64,000 nt of DNA from Proteromonas lacertae (lineage: Eukaryota): assembly GCA_002245135.1 (NCBI GenBank), contig NGBS01000880.1:1-64000 (forward strand). The letters run 5' to 3'. The position numbers were made by a program, and so were the translations under genes. The notes under the pieces were generated by a model. The model was given only the letters and a program-made list of their open reading frames with translations, ran no database searches and had not been told where the DNA came from. Below are positions 12,904-24,938 of this stretch, piece by piece (within the stretch, counting starts at the first letter, position 1; each line of letters begins with the position of its first letter).

Positions 12904-13650
12904 TTACCATTTTGAAAAATTACATTCTGGAGGATTAGATATATTATTTATTCCAAAAATAATGCTCCACATATATTCCATATAGTTTGCTGAAAGTTTA
13001 TTATTTCTGCTTTCAATTACATATTGTTTTAATCCTTTTCTTAAATTGATATAAAATTGAAGTGAATGTTTTATTATTCTACTATTTTCAACAATAAATG
13101 TCGAACAACAAGGAAATATATGCTTGTATATATATAATTGTAGCATTGAAATGTTAATATATCCATGTTTCCTCATATATTTATCAATTTCATAGGTTTT
13201 GTTAAACATTATATTATAATGTCTTTTTTGACCAAATTTCAAATATAAACAATATAATCCTCCAAAATTTGTATTATCAAAATAGTGAATTCTTTTTAAG
13301 TATTCAATTCTGTTATAGATTTTTTCTAAATAATGCCATGATTTTGTATGATCATGGACAAATATATATTTTTTGTTCTTTTGTTTATTATAATTTTTTA
13401 TAATAAAATCTAACATTAAACCAGCTTCGCAAGAATCAAGATGATTTGTGCTTTTATTACACTTAAGAAAGATAGAACTGTAGGGTATTAAAGATGCTAT
13501 TAAATTAGACTTATTATTTTTATTACATGAAGATATTACTACATATATGTTTGGTATATATAATATTTTGAAATGATTAAAATATTCTAAACAGAATATA
13601 CATGTTATTATAAAATAGTTAATATAAACATAAATTTTATAAAGTATTTA
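12904..13650 (-). CDS. DUF3431-like protein; 5' end lost at a duplication junction
   Basis: EAGLMLDFIIKNY, FVHDH..SWH, PCCSTFIV, EYMWSIIFG; frame is open up to ~13650 without an ATG. Confidence 0.65.
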
Positions 13651-14830
13651 TCATTTCTAAGACAAAATACATATCCTTTGTTAATAAATTTCAATTCATG
13701 AATAATTATTAGTTGAGTATTTATATTGATAAGATCAAGTATATCACCTTCATTATTAATTATATCAACATGTAAAGATTGTTTAATCATATTTGAAGGA
13801 ATTTTATTGGAATGCAAAAATGAATTTTCTCTATAATTCTTTCCACATTTCTTTTCAAAGTATTCCAAATTATACAATCTCACAAAAGTGCAATATGTAT
13901 CACCATTACATGGAAAACGAGGAAAAATAATACTTCTGTTCAATTTTTTGCTAATATATATCAATGTTGATAATACATTTGTTATATTTGAGGTATTTAA
14001 ATAGAAGTATCTTTTACTGTAGTATAAATAATTAATTGATGTTGATGAATAATAACCATTATTATCTAAAGCATATATTCCTAATTCTTTCATCCTATAC
14101 ATTTTAGCCACAATACCAAAAGTATAATCATTATGAAACCCTATTAGATTTAAGACATTTGAAGATCTATTATATAAGAAATTATTCTATTGAAGAAGTT
14201 ATATCCATCCATAATAATATCTATATTCAATGATTTTACATGAGAAAAATTAATAGATTTCATATACCTATTTGCTAAACTTTGTTCAGAATAGCTCCAT
14301 TCATATGATGTGCAATTATTTTCAATTGAGATCAAATCATTTAAATAATTAATAGTAAACTTGCTTCTCTTTAGTAGTCTATATTTATTCATAATATAAA
14401 TTATATATACACTAATCCATAATTTAAAACATTACATATAACGCTATCACATGCTAATATTAAATCGATTGAAGAACTGAAATACTTTAATAGTTCATTA
14501 GGATTTTTGAAGAAGTATATATCAGCATCTAGTGCTAATAAATAATTTGTTTGTTTTATATATTTCATAAAAATAGGATGTTTTAGTCTCATTTTTTTAG
14601 CAAATCCAATTGTATGAATTTTATTTCCATATACATTCTCTTCAACTAATTTGGGAGAAATTTCAACTGGCAAATTATACCTTCTACATTTTTCATACAT
14701 TTTGGATGATGTTGCAATTACTTTAAAATTTTGAATATTATAGTATTTAATTACAGAAATATAAAAATTTCTCACTACATCAAAATAATATAAATAAAGT
14801 ACTTGTAATATAGAACTTATGATACAACAC
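13650..14830 (-). pseudogene. Damaged duplicate of the GT77-like gene at 42492-43765
   Basis: Near-identical to 42520-43770 with a frameshift near 14180, a deletion near 14790 and a truncated 3' end; same 32-nt intron (14379-14410). Confidence 0.9.
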
Positions 14831-14860
14831 TTGGTTTTTATATACTTTTATCATTATTAT

Positions 14861-16664
14861 CAGGGTTGTATAAATAGGTAACCTATAGGTTATAGGTAAA
14901 ACCTTTAATCTAGCTTTGACCGTTGGTCTGTCAAACCTCGAGCATTATTTTGTTAAAATCTATTTTAATTACATACTGAGTAACATTAATACAAACTATC
15001 ATACTATATAAAATATTATTTCTGCTTCTTGTTTTACTTTAATTACCATAGTTAGAATAAGATTGGTTGAAATTGTATAAATATCTATTCTGATATATTA
15101 TAATTCATCTACAAACTACTCAATAGTGATATTTAACATATTTATAAACAACTTGTTATTTTGATGATTAATTTATATTGATTACTATCTCTAAAAAACA
15201 AATATAAATGTTGTTGTGCGCCGTTTGTCATAGTTGGCCATTTGTCTATCAGACACTTTTAAAACTAACTAAATGTATATTCTTACTTGTCTTGATGAAA
15301 AATTGTTACTTTTATACTTACGTTGTTATATGACCTTACCTCTGCAGTATACTTTTTTGTTAATATAAATAGTTTTAATATTTGCGCCGTTTGTTTTCTA
15401 GAAATTTATGAAGCAAACTAAATGCATATTTAGCTAATATAGACTAAAATATATTAGCTGAAATGTTTAGAACAACTTAATGTTGATCATAAAACATTTA
15501 AAATAATAAAAGAAAATATAGAATCAAGCCTCACTCAAGCCTATTTTTTACATTTCTTTTTTTATATAGAAAGATTTAATAATTATTATATTCTAATCAT
15601 TTCATCTAATATATTTTAGTCTATATTAGCTAAATATACATTTAGTTTGCTTTAAAAATTTCTAGAAAACAAACGGCGCAAATATTCAAACTATTTATAT
15701 TAACAAAAAAGTATACTGCAGAGGTAAGGTCATATAACAACGTAAGTATAAAAATAACAATTTTTCATCAAGACAAGTAAGAATATACATTTATTTTGTT
15801 TTAAAAGTGTCTGGTAGACAAATGGCCAACTATGACAAACGGCGCACAACAAATGTAATTATAATAATAAATCTCTATTTCTGGATATTAATGATTAGTC
15901 TTCAATAAGTCTCTTACTTTCTCAGTTTCTGAAAATAAATAAGCATTATAAAACTCTCTTAGAGGTATACTATATCCTAGTTTGAAGCAAAACCTTCTAA
16001 ATTCTGGTGAGTCTAATATTGTGGTACTGACTGACTGCCTTGAAGGTTATTAATTTACATAGATCTTTGTTGACAGAATCTGAATTGACTATGGCTTTTA
16101 CCATATGTAATAATCTGAATATTTTATTTTAATCACGTTTTCCAATACATTTTGAAGTAGTTAAAATGTTACTTCTCTAACATACAGCAATTGAATAAAT
16201 ACACAACTCTTTTGATGCGATAGGGGGTAATGTGATATCCCTATAGTTTCATATATTATAAAGTCTTATAAATATTGAGTAATTATACATTTAAATGATC
16301 TAAATCTTAAAATATCAAGATTTACTTAGTCAAACCATCAAGCTTGATGTTTTTTTCTTTTATTTTTTTTATTCTATAATTATCTTAATATTATGTTAAT
16401 AATATGTTACTGTGAGTCATCATTGAGAAATAGATCAAAGTAATAGTAACATAAAAAGTGCATCGACTGACGGTCAAATTTGATATTTGAAAGATGATGT
16501 ATAAAACATTAATTTTGTGTATATGGTTAGATAATATGCTTGTTAACTCATGTTCAATAGGAGGTCAACTAATAGTTAGTATAAGGAAGGTAAAGGTCAA
16601 GCTAAAGATATAGGTTTTGACCTATAGTTAAACCTATATTTTTTGACCGAAAAATACAACACTG
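14861..16664 (-). mobile_element. Non-autonomous hAT transposon with 8-bp TSD ATTATTAT
   Basis: CAGGGTTGTAT...ATACAACACTG termini; TSD at 14853-14860 and 16665-16672; empty site at 43788-43795; internal remnant LDSPEFRRFCFKLGYSIP. Confidence 0.88.
15212..15851. mobile_element. 640-bp palindromic MITE, ~260-bp TIRs, TGT...ACA ends, 5-bp TSD AATGT
   Basis: TSD at 15207-15211 and 15852-15856; the paralogous empty site at 50783-50787 has one AATGT. Confidence 0.95.
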
Positions 16665-16672
16665 ATTATTAT

Positions 16673-17190
16673 GATTATTAAAAGAAATATTTCAAAAAGA
16701 TTAAATCCATGAATTAACATATATTTATGTATATTATTTAGTAAAATAGATAAATTTTTAGGAAGATCTCTTATAATATATTGAGATATGTCAATTATTG
16801 ATATGTTATTATACTTGTATAAATATCCCATAAAAACATCTTCAATCCAAATCTTGGGATTTACATATTCTATAGATTTACTTAACGATTTAATGGTATT
16901 AAGAGGTATAATATATCCTACACCTTGCAAATAAGGTGAATATAAACTCTCTTTTATAATGTCATATGGAACATAATGGCTATACTTTCTATTTCTTAAC
17001 ACATGTGTTTTTGATATTTTACCTATAGCATAATTAGAGCTACTTATTTTTATATTATTCAACCATTTAATAATTAAAGAAATGTTGATAAATACATCTA
17101 TATCAGTTTTTAGCAAATATTTATAATTATAGTTTGCTGACCATAATATCATATGTACAGTTTGAATGCTAAGATTAAAATATGAAGATA
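16673..17190 (-). pseudogene. 3' half duplicate of the GT31 gene at 43773-44807, interrupted by the hAT element
   Basis: Near-identical to 43796-44312; KTDIDVFIN, WIEDVFMG. Confidence 0.9.
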
Positions 17191-17669
17191 TTTTGCAGAA
17201 ATGTATTGAAATTACAATATAATTTAACTATAAAAAAATAATTATCAAAAAATAATCTTTATTCATTTTTATGAGTTTTCTTTGTCAATCTGCTATATTT
17301 TTTGGACCAAAATTTAGAGATGGTATTGTATATAAAAGAAAATGCATCCTATGCAATTTTAACGTCAATATTGGTATTTATTTTATAATAATAATTAGGA
17401 ACACAAAAAGAAACAAAAATTTAGTGAAGAGTGTATTAAAAACAAAAATTTAATCCAACACTTCAATCAGACTACAATACTAACATACAGCAATATTAAT
17501 AGAAAAATTCTTTACCAATACGTGGCAGCGTTACACATAGATTGTCGACCTTTGCGATTTGGAGATGGATATGGGTTTAGTAGTTTTTTGATACATTATA
17601 TATAAAACTACCAACCTATAAGCAGATATCAGATACAACCGATTCAATTATATCGTTAATAAAAAATAA

Positions 17670-18593
17670 AATGGAATGTGACATAGAAAACACTAAATTT
17701 GTGAATATTCAAATGGACCTATGGAAAGGTAAAGGACAAACTACTTAGCTATTTTTGTGGACTTCATGACGGATATGAATATTACATCATATTTATTATA
17801 TATAGATCAAGCGATAGTGCCAGTGACATGTTAGCAGCTATAAAAATGTGCTCCTTTATACATATACATTGTTTTAGTCTTCGTTTACATAACGCATTAT
17901 TAAGATCGGAAACTAATTAAAACATCTGTGAATAAATTTAGTAAACTCCTTGATCATATTAACAGGAAGGACAATTTCTATGATGAACTAAGGAAAGTTT
18001 TAATATTAAAATATAATCAAGAAAAGTTAAATATAATAACTGCCAAAATACAAGTGCTATAGATGTTAGGTGGTTCTCTTCCTACGACATGATTCAACAT
18101 TTTGTTGAATCTTTTAATGATATAAGATCCTATATTCAAGTAAATATTATTATCAATTTTATTATTTTATAATTATTTATAGGTTATTGATAAAGATTAC
18201 ACAGAAGAGTATCCAAATAATAATGATTATGATTTAATTGTAGAAGTAATAAAAATACTTAAACCACTAATCGAATTACAGAAAAGGCTGATTCAAAGAA
18301 ATCGATGTTCATTAATAATTATAATTAAAAGATTAAAAGAAGTTCACAGAATACTTATTGATTATAAAGAAATGTATAGTTTAAGATTGAAAAAATCAAT
18401 TAATGCAGCCGTAAGCGGTCTATGTTTAGAGTATATTGAAGAGTTGCTTAATAGATTTAGTAATACAGATAAATATAATTATTTATGTATAAAAAAATAT
18501 CCTTCTGAGGTAAAAGAATTAAAGATAGCGTTAATGCTGAATCCATTAAATTATAAGTTGATGGTAAAAGATGATTATAGAGAATTATTATAA
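17670..18593 (+). pseudogene. Degenerate hAT-family transposase
   Basis: Fragments MDLWKG, SDSASDMLAA..IHIHCFSLRLHNAL and ALMLNPLNYK match the hAT D.W, TDNASNM/CxxH and A.iLDPR motifs. Confidence 0.65.
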
Positions 18594-19176
18594 TAATGAA
18601 TAATAAAGGGTTATAGCACAGTGTGCTATAACCCTATAGTGTTTTTTCATCATTAGAAACGTTTTGAATGCATAATAAATATATCAATCGATTTCTCTAT
18701 TTATGCTGGGCTCATATATGCCCTTAGTTTGACTTTCTGATCATAATCGAAATCTAATTTTCTTAAAAAAATTCAAAAAACAATGATAGATAGGATGACC
18801 ACCATACTGTGTGATATGACACCATATAGTGACCATCCTATGTGGTGGTCACTATAAATTTAATAGAATAATCAAATACTATAAATTTTGAGTTGTTCTA
18901 ATTGTTCTAATTTAATAAGACATTTACAGAATCTGTCCAAACTATTTTCATTTTTAAACACATTATCCTGCAAATCAAATATTCTCAGTTGCTGTAAATG
19001 CGTTACAGTATTACACATACATTCTAAGCCGCTATCATCAATGTTACATTCTATTTTATTATTATATAACTAATTGATTATACTAGTAATATTTAGGCAT
19101 TTGAGGGTTAGGGTTTATATAATATTTTTTATTAATATTTATATAATAATAAATTTTAAGGACTTAATTAGCAGTC

Positions 19177-20100
19177 CTATTCATCAATGCCAAATACTTC
19201 TATGTCGTCATAAAGTTTTCTTGGCTTCTTGAACTTTTTCAAAACATTGTCTATTAAATCTTTTACAACTACTTCAACAACTGTTTTGATACCTTCACCA
19301 GAAATAATATTAACTTTAGTGTTTCCATTATCATCTTCATATTCACTTATACTGTTTGATGGATAATCATCATCTCCAAATTCTACAGAAGATATATTTA
19401 ATTCATGGAATAGATCGTAAATAAAGTAATCTAATGCTCTATCAACCTATTTATAATATATAAATATATAGATATATAAATATACAAATGATTTTTTAGA
19501 TTTAGAGTAATAGTGACAATTGAACATAATTATGCTTAAAAGCTTCTTGTATTCATCAACCTGTGATTTTCTTGTCAATTTTAAGGGAAGTCTTCTAAAT
19601 CTTTCAACATAATCTTTTAAACTTGAGCATAAAAACTTTCCATTATATCTATAAAATATATAGATGTAAAATATACCTATAACGACTTAGCTTATTCCTT
19701 GCTTTAAAGATCATCTCCAAATTATATAATTGCACTTGAAATACATTGTTCATTACTCTTGAATTGAACTGTCTTTTGTAGACAGTAACTGTTTTAATCT
19801 CACTATTCATATGTACTGCAAAAAACTTAAATCAAATAGAAAAATGTCAAACTTTATAGCTTGATCAATACATTAAAATTTTGTACTCTTGTTACAAAAC
19901 AAATTGACTTTAGCTAACTATAAATTATATATACTTACTAGGGTATATACCCATCTCAATTATATCAATATCTCATTTCAGACAATAATCTAAATCATCT
20001 TTGATTATGAAACATATATGAAATCTAACTACATCAATCGATTGCTCATGATATGCCATATAATAAGAAACACATCAGATTATTCATTATGCCAATGGAT
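19177..20100 (-). pseudogene. Decayed multi-intron gene of unknown function (possibly a Mutator-like transposase remnant)
   Basis: Short GT-AG introns near 19447-19485, 19649-19676 and 19908-19938; exons read MESFYAQVLKDYVERFRRLPL...|VDRALDYFIYDLF...GIDE*. Confidence 0.4.
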
Positions 20101-20220
20101 CGTGAGATATTATTTTTTTTAACAAACCTCAAACATTTGTATTACTAAACAAACAATAACTTTATTGATTAGACCCATAAAAATTTAATAATATATATAA
20201 TAGCAAAAAATACAAAGAAT

Positions 20221-20706
20221 ATGCCTGACCATTTAACATATAATATGCTTAGACAACCTAACGGTGAATATGCTTTTTACATTCATATATATAGAGACAA
20301 TAGAGCACATAGATGGGTCATTCAATTTCCAATTAAAACAATGAAAATATTAAAAAGAAATAAAGTAAAGGTGTTTATATGTGGTTCACTCAGAACTAAT
20401 AGAAATGATCCAGAAGCACTAGGTGATTATAGACATCATGGTGATCAATTAATGATAAACCTCAAAACCTATGGGTATGACAGAAGAGCTTCAATATTAG
20501 TAATGAATAGAAAATTAAGAAATGGAGAACATGAGTATGCAGATGGTGATTGTATTCCTCAAAAATTTAAAAAATATGTTTTTCATCATATGAGTTATCA
20601 ATGGAATGGAGGGAATTTTTATCACATACATCCAGTTGATAGAAATGTTGCTGATGGAATTAGTAGTAGTGATAGTAGTAGTGATAGTAGTAGTGACTCT
20701 GATTAA
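20221..20706 (+). CDS. Hypothetical protein with Ser/Asp tail
   Basis: 161-aa ORF, ATG start, followed by TGTTTGTT at 20745. Confidence 0.6.
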   Translation: MPDHLTYNMLRQPNGEYAFYIHIYRDNRAHRWVIQFPIKTMKILKRNKVKVFICGSLRTNRNDPEALGDYRHHGDQLMINLKTYGYDRRASILVMNRKLRNGEHEYADGDCIPQKFKKYVFHHMSYQWNGGNFYHIHPVDRNVADGISSSDSSSDSSSDSD

Positions 20707-20820
20707 ATACTTAAAAATTCTATTATTATTATTATTATTATATATGTTTGTTTTTTGTTTGATAAACATACTATTAATAGTTACTATATTTTAAATAATA
20801 TCAATTATAAAAATCACAAC

Positions 20821-21192
20821 ATGTCTTATTATGGAGGATGGCCAAAAGGGTTTAAAATTAGTAAAGACTGGAATACATATATTCCTAAATCAGTTAACAG
20901 GAGTAAATGGAGAAAGAGCTATGATTTGTATAGAGACAAAGTAAAGAATGCACTACAAAACAAAACAAAAGTTAAATTACAATATAGACAATTAATGAAA
21001 ATGTATGAACGATTATTAGCTGCTAATCCACCTAAACAAAGAGGAAGACCAAAAGGAAGTAAAGATAGAGCAAAACGTAAACCAAGACGAGCCGGGCCAC
21101 GAGCCGCGCCAAAGAATGATCCACATCGTATAGTTGTGCATAATGGCAGGCATTATCAGTATGGTATTCCAGTTCCTAATATGGATAATTAA
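20821..21192 (+). CDS. Basic protein with AT-hook motif
   Basis: KQRGRPKGSK; followed by TGTTTGTT at 21233. Confidence 0.6.
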   Translation: MSYYGGWPKGFKISKDWNTYIPKSVNRSKWRKSYDLYRDKVKNALQNKTKVKLQYRQLMKMYERLLAANPPKQRGRPKGSKDRAKRKPRRAGPRAAPKNDPHRIVVHNGRHYQYGIPVPNMDN

Positions 21193-21298
21193 AGTAATTC
21201 TTTATATATTTCTTTTTATGTAATGTTATGTGTGTTTGTTTTTTTGGTGTTTGGTACTGCTATATCCGGCGGCCACTTTGCAACTTGAATTGTAATAT

Positions 21299-21369
21299 AA
21301 GTTACAACTGGCGCCAGTTGTAACTTGAATTGTGATGTATCTTACAACTTGGGCCAGTTGTAAGATACA
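21299..21369. other. Twin hairpins between convergent genes
   Basis: Perfect 28-bp palindrome AAGTTACAACTGGCGCCAGTTGTAACTT (21299-21326); 14-bp stem with 6-nt loop (21336-21369). Confidence 0.85.
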
Positions 21370-21429
21370 AGTTTAACCAAAAATAAAAAAAACATAATAT
21401 AATAATATAATATAAAGAGTGAAATAAAT

Positions 21430-21666
21430 TTAAATAGTCATTTTCCTTTGTTTAGTGATTTCAATAAGAGACTGAATATCCTTAAGTGTCTTATCATGTT
21501 CTAACCCTTTATTCATCATGGCATCTATATTATTTCTAAGTTCTTCTATGTCTGTATTGTTTGGAATACAATTGTGTGCCTTTAAGTATTTGAAAAGAGC
21601 CAAAGCTATCATATACAATACAAATACGAGAACTGAAAGCAAAACAGTTATTACATCAAAGTCCAT
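21430..21666 (-). CDS. Small single-pass membrane protein with coiled-coil-like tail
   Basis: Hydrophobic N-terminal ~25 aa in a 78-aa ORF. Confidence 0.55.
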   Translation of the reverse strand: MDFDVITVLLSVLVFVLYMIALALFKYLKAHNCIPNNTDIEELRNNIDAMMNKGLEHDKTLKDIQSLIEITKQRKMTI

Positions 21667-21734
21667 GTGTGTTTATGAGAATCTTATATAAGAAAAACAA
21701 AATTAATCAAAGTAGTGTATTTATTATCAATAAA

Positions 21735-22334
21735 CTAACTTACAAGACATTGGTTATTATTAATATATTCATCCTTAATGGATCTTGGTGATATTGGAGA
21801 TAAGTCATAATCTGTGAGATTGACATTGTCATTGTCATTTTCAAGCTTGACTTGTATTTCTTCTATTTCTTTATTATCATTAGGAGGAGGAGGAGGAGGT
21901 AATATATTAGCTTCATGATTCATCATAATAATGCTTTCTAATAATTGATGAGTTTTTTCAAAAGATGGGTTTCTTTTCTCCTTAATCTTGTTAACACACT
22001 CAAGGAACATATTAGGTGTAATGCGCACAGTCTCATCTACATCAGAAATACCTAATCTTTGAATTAATTTCTCTTTACTCTCATCCCACCAACATCCATT
22101 TTTGAATCTATATTCCAAGTCTAATCTATACTGTTCATCGACGTATTTGAGTATATATCTGATCTCACTATAAGTTAATTCCTTTTTCTCGCCACATATC
22201 AAATTCCATAATTTCGATTTGGTTAGCGCCCTCATTTTGCCATCCTTTCTAAAGCAATTAATGAGTATTTGTTTATCAGAGTTCCAAAAGTTATATGGCA
22301 CTGTTCTAAATTTGTGTTCCTGATCGTTATTCAT
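21735..22334 (-). CDS. Hypothetical protein
   Basis: 199-aa ORF with poly-Pro stretch. Confidence 0.6.
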   Translation of the reverse strand: MNNDQEHKFRTVPYNFWNSDKQILINCFRKDGKMRALTKSKLWNLICGEKKELTYSEIRYILKYVDEQYRLDLEYRFKNGCWWDESKEKLIQRLGISDVDETVRITPNMFLECVNKIKEKRNPSFEKTHQLLESIIMMNHEANILPPPPPPNDNKEIEEIQVKLENDNDNVNLTDYDLSPISPRSIKDEYINNNQCLVS

Positions 22335-22419
22335 TTTAAAAAAATAAAAGTGTAATTAATACTAATAATGACAATATTGACATTATTAACGAATTTATTT
22401 TCAAAATAGATTTTATCTT

Positions 22420-23379
22420 ATGTTAGTCTCGAATCACCGTGTATACTACTTAAATTCTGATATGATTGTATTATCTGATTCCATGGGCGGAGGAAACAAG
22501 TATAAGAAGACATTAAAATTGCAATCATTCGATGATGATTATACTCATGTCAGCTTATTACATGCTGTTATACCCAATTCATTCCCAACTATACAGGAAG
22601 AAACAAATGATGAGTTTTCATTAGTATTCACATTGGGATGGAGACATGATGTTCAAGTAGATGCACCAAAGTATCCAAACATCGTAAAACACCTCAAAAT
22701 ACCAGAAGGATTCTATGATGAAACTCAGATATTAAGTATGATCAATAATTTAGTAAAAAATATGACATATGATGTTTTTGGAATAAATGATGCTGCATAT
22801 AATGAAGAAGGCTCACATGTGTCTATTATAGAAGGAAAAGGAGATTTATTTCGTATAGACAATTTCGATGATAATCAAACATATCATATTGAGGTAGCTA
22901 ATGATATGAATATAATATACTATCTAAAAGACCCAGTATATTGGATAGAAAAATTAGAGATCATCACCAAAGATCTTAGTTACAAAATATTAGGTATACC
23001 TAAAAACAATTACTGGTGTTGTTTTAAAGAATATATTCCGTCTGAAGAACCAGAGAATCAACAAGAAATTATGGTTAAGCCATTCCCATTTACTCAATTA
23101 CCATTTCGTCCTTCTTTGATATGGGTTAATTCTATATCCATTAGATTAGACATAGTGAATATTATGCAGGATTCAAATGTATTAGAAAATATACCCGTTT
23201 CAAATCCAGAGTTACCATTTATTACATATCAGAATAATGACATATTGAATACATCAAAGAGATTTAATAATACCTATAGCAAAGGTATGATCACTATTCA
23301 GATTACTCAACAAAATGGTTATGAACTTAATCTTGATAATATTGAGTTTAATTTAGATATTGTTGTATTTAAAGTCTAA
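22420..23379 (+). CDS. Minor capsid (penton-like) protein
   Basis: VSLLHAVIPNSFPTIQ, IPEGFY, SNVLENIPV, ITIQITQQNGYELNL; lies just upstream of the MCP; homologous to 59273-60226. Confidence 0.75.
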   Translation: MLVSNHRVYYLNSDMIVLSDSMGGGNKYKKTLKLQSFDDDYTHVSLLHAVIPNSFPTIQEETNDEFSLVFTLGWRHDVQVDAPKYPNIVKHLKIPEGFYDETQILSMINNLVKNMTYDVFGINDAAYNEEGSHVSIIEGKGDLFRIDNFDDNQTYHIEVANDMNIIYYLKDPVYWIEKLEIITKDLSYKILGIPKNNYWCCFKEYIPSEEPENQQEIMVKPFPFTQLPFRPSLIWVNSISIRLDIVNIMQDSNVLENIPVSNPELPFITYQNNDILNTSKRFNNTYSKGMITIQITQQNGYELNLDNIEFNLDIVVFKV

Positions 23380-23410
23380 TTTTTATATTTCTTTATTCTT
23401 TTGTTTTCTA

Positions 23411-24877
23411 ATGGCTTTATCTATTCCAAAAGAACAGAAACATGGTGTAGATGTCCCTGTGATGCTACCCTTCTATAATTATGTGAGATTGACTCCGATG
23501 GGATCAACATCAGAATACAAGTTGGATACAAATACTTATTCAGAAGAGATTAGATGGGAGATAAGTGGAGATAATATTATCAATTTAGCTAAGTCATATA
23601 TCCAATTCGATATCGAAGTAAAATTAAATCCTTATCCTGATGGTACCTATGCAACCGATGGTAGTACTAGTAATTTAGTCGGTAAAGGTTTATATCCGAG
23701 TATGATAAAAGGAATTAAAGAAGGGTTTGGCTTGGCCTCTTTTAGAATTTGTAATCAGACTGGAACAGATCTGGTCAAGCTTGATGATTCATATGAACCA
23801 TATCGTGTATTTATGGACGAATTAGTTAGAAAGAGATGTGATATATTCTATCAAGACAATTACTATGATGGAATACAATTAGATTGGAGTAACGATGAAC
23901 ATAGTTATCTTATTCAAGATGTTAATAAATGGAAAATGGACAAAGAAGGTGATGATGATATGCATGTTAGTGTTATAGACATTTCTGATGAAAGTAAAAA
24001 TAAAGTAACTAATGCTACTGTGTATAAGAGTAAAAAGACATTACATTTCAAATTACAGTTAGGTAAATTTTACAATACATTTGCTGCATTAAAGAGTGAT
24101 GTATTCTTTGGAGAGAGAATGTATATATGCATTCGATTCCAAACTAAAGCAAATTATGGAAATTTGAAATCATATACACCAACCGAATATTGTATTGATG
24201 AAAATGGTTATGAAGATTTAAATAATGTTATAGCATGGGATAGGGATGGTGGTATTAAAAATATGACATTTAAGAATTTTAAATTTTATGCTTATATCAA
24301 CAAGGATACTCAATGCAACAATAATACCAAACAATATTGTTTATCAAAACCTATTCAATTCAATGATTTCAGATGTCATCAAATTGTTGTACCATCAGGT
24401 GGTTCTGGCATATTCAATTATTCATTCACATTGAATAGTTCCAATGGACCATTTGTTCGTTACATAATCTATAGGCCATGGATAGAATCATTAAAAAGAT
24501 ATGCCCACATACCTGAAAATGCACAGTTCAGATGGATGATCAATGATTTTGTAAATCAGCCAGATTATACACTTATGCAATATTATGATAGCTATATGAC
24601 TGTCCGTGAATATTTCCAAGACGCATGGTATGATATATTCAGAAAAGATGAAAAATTCAATGACAAGTTCTTTGAGATATTGAATTTTGGTTCTAAGGAT
24701 TTGGACAACATTAAGAACCAGGCAGGTAGACCTTTGGCTACTGATTTGAAAATAACCTTTGAATTTTCAACACCTGGTACAAATGACTTTACTAATAATG
24801 ATATCACTCATCGTTTCTATATCATCACTGGGCATATGGTCACCATTAATGGAAGTGGTATTGTAAGTGTAGTTTAA
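23411..24877 (+). CDS. Major capsid protein (putative double jelly roll)
   Basis: ~490 aa, beta-rich; YVRLTP...IRWEISGDNIINLAKSYIQFDIEV N-terminus typical of Polinton/PLV MCPs; between minor capsid and ATPase; homologous to 57875-59229. Confidence 0.8.
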   Translation: MALSIPKEQKHGVDVPVMLPFYNYVRLTPMGSTSEYKLDTNTYSEEIRWEISGDNIINLAKSYIQFDIEVKLNPYPDGTYATDGSTSNLVGKGLYPSMIKGIKEGFGLASFRICNQTGTDLVKLDDSYEPYRVFMDELVRKRCDIFYQDNYYDGIQLDWSNDEHSYLIQDVNKWKMDKEGDDDMHVSVIDISDESKNKVTNATVYKSKKTLHFKLQLGKFYNTFAALKSDVFFGERMYICIRFQTKANYGNLKSYTPTEYCIDENGYEDLNNVIAWDRDGGIKNMTFKNFKFYAYINKDTQCNNNTKQYCLSKPIQFNDFRCHQIVVPSGGSGIFNYSFTLNSSNGPFVRYIIYRPWIESLKRYAHIPENAQFRWMINDFVNQPDYTLMQYYDSYMTVREYFQDAWYDIFRKDEKFNDKFFEILNFGSKDLDNIKNQAGRPLATDLKITFEFSTPGTNDFTNNDITHRFYIITGHMVTINGSGIVSVV

Positions 24878-24938
24878 AAATAATCATAATATCGATAACG
24901 GTTATATTTCTTATAATTATGTTTTTGTTATTTTTGTT

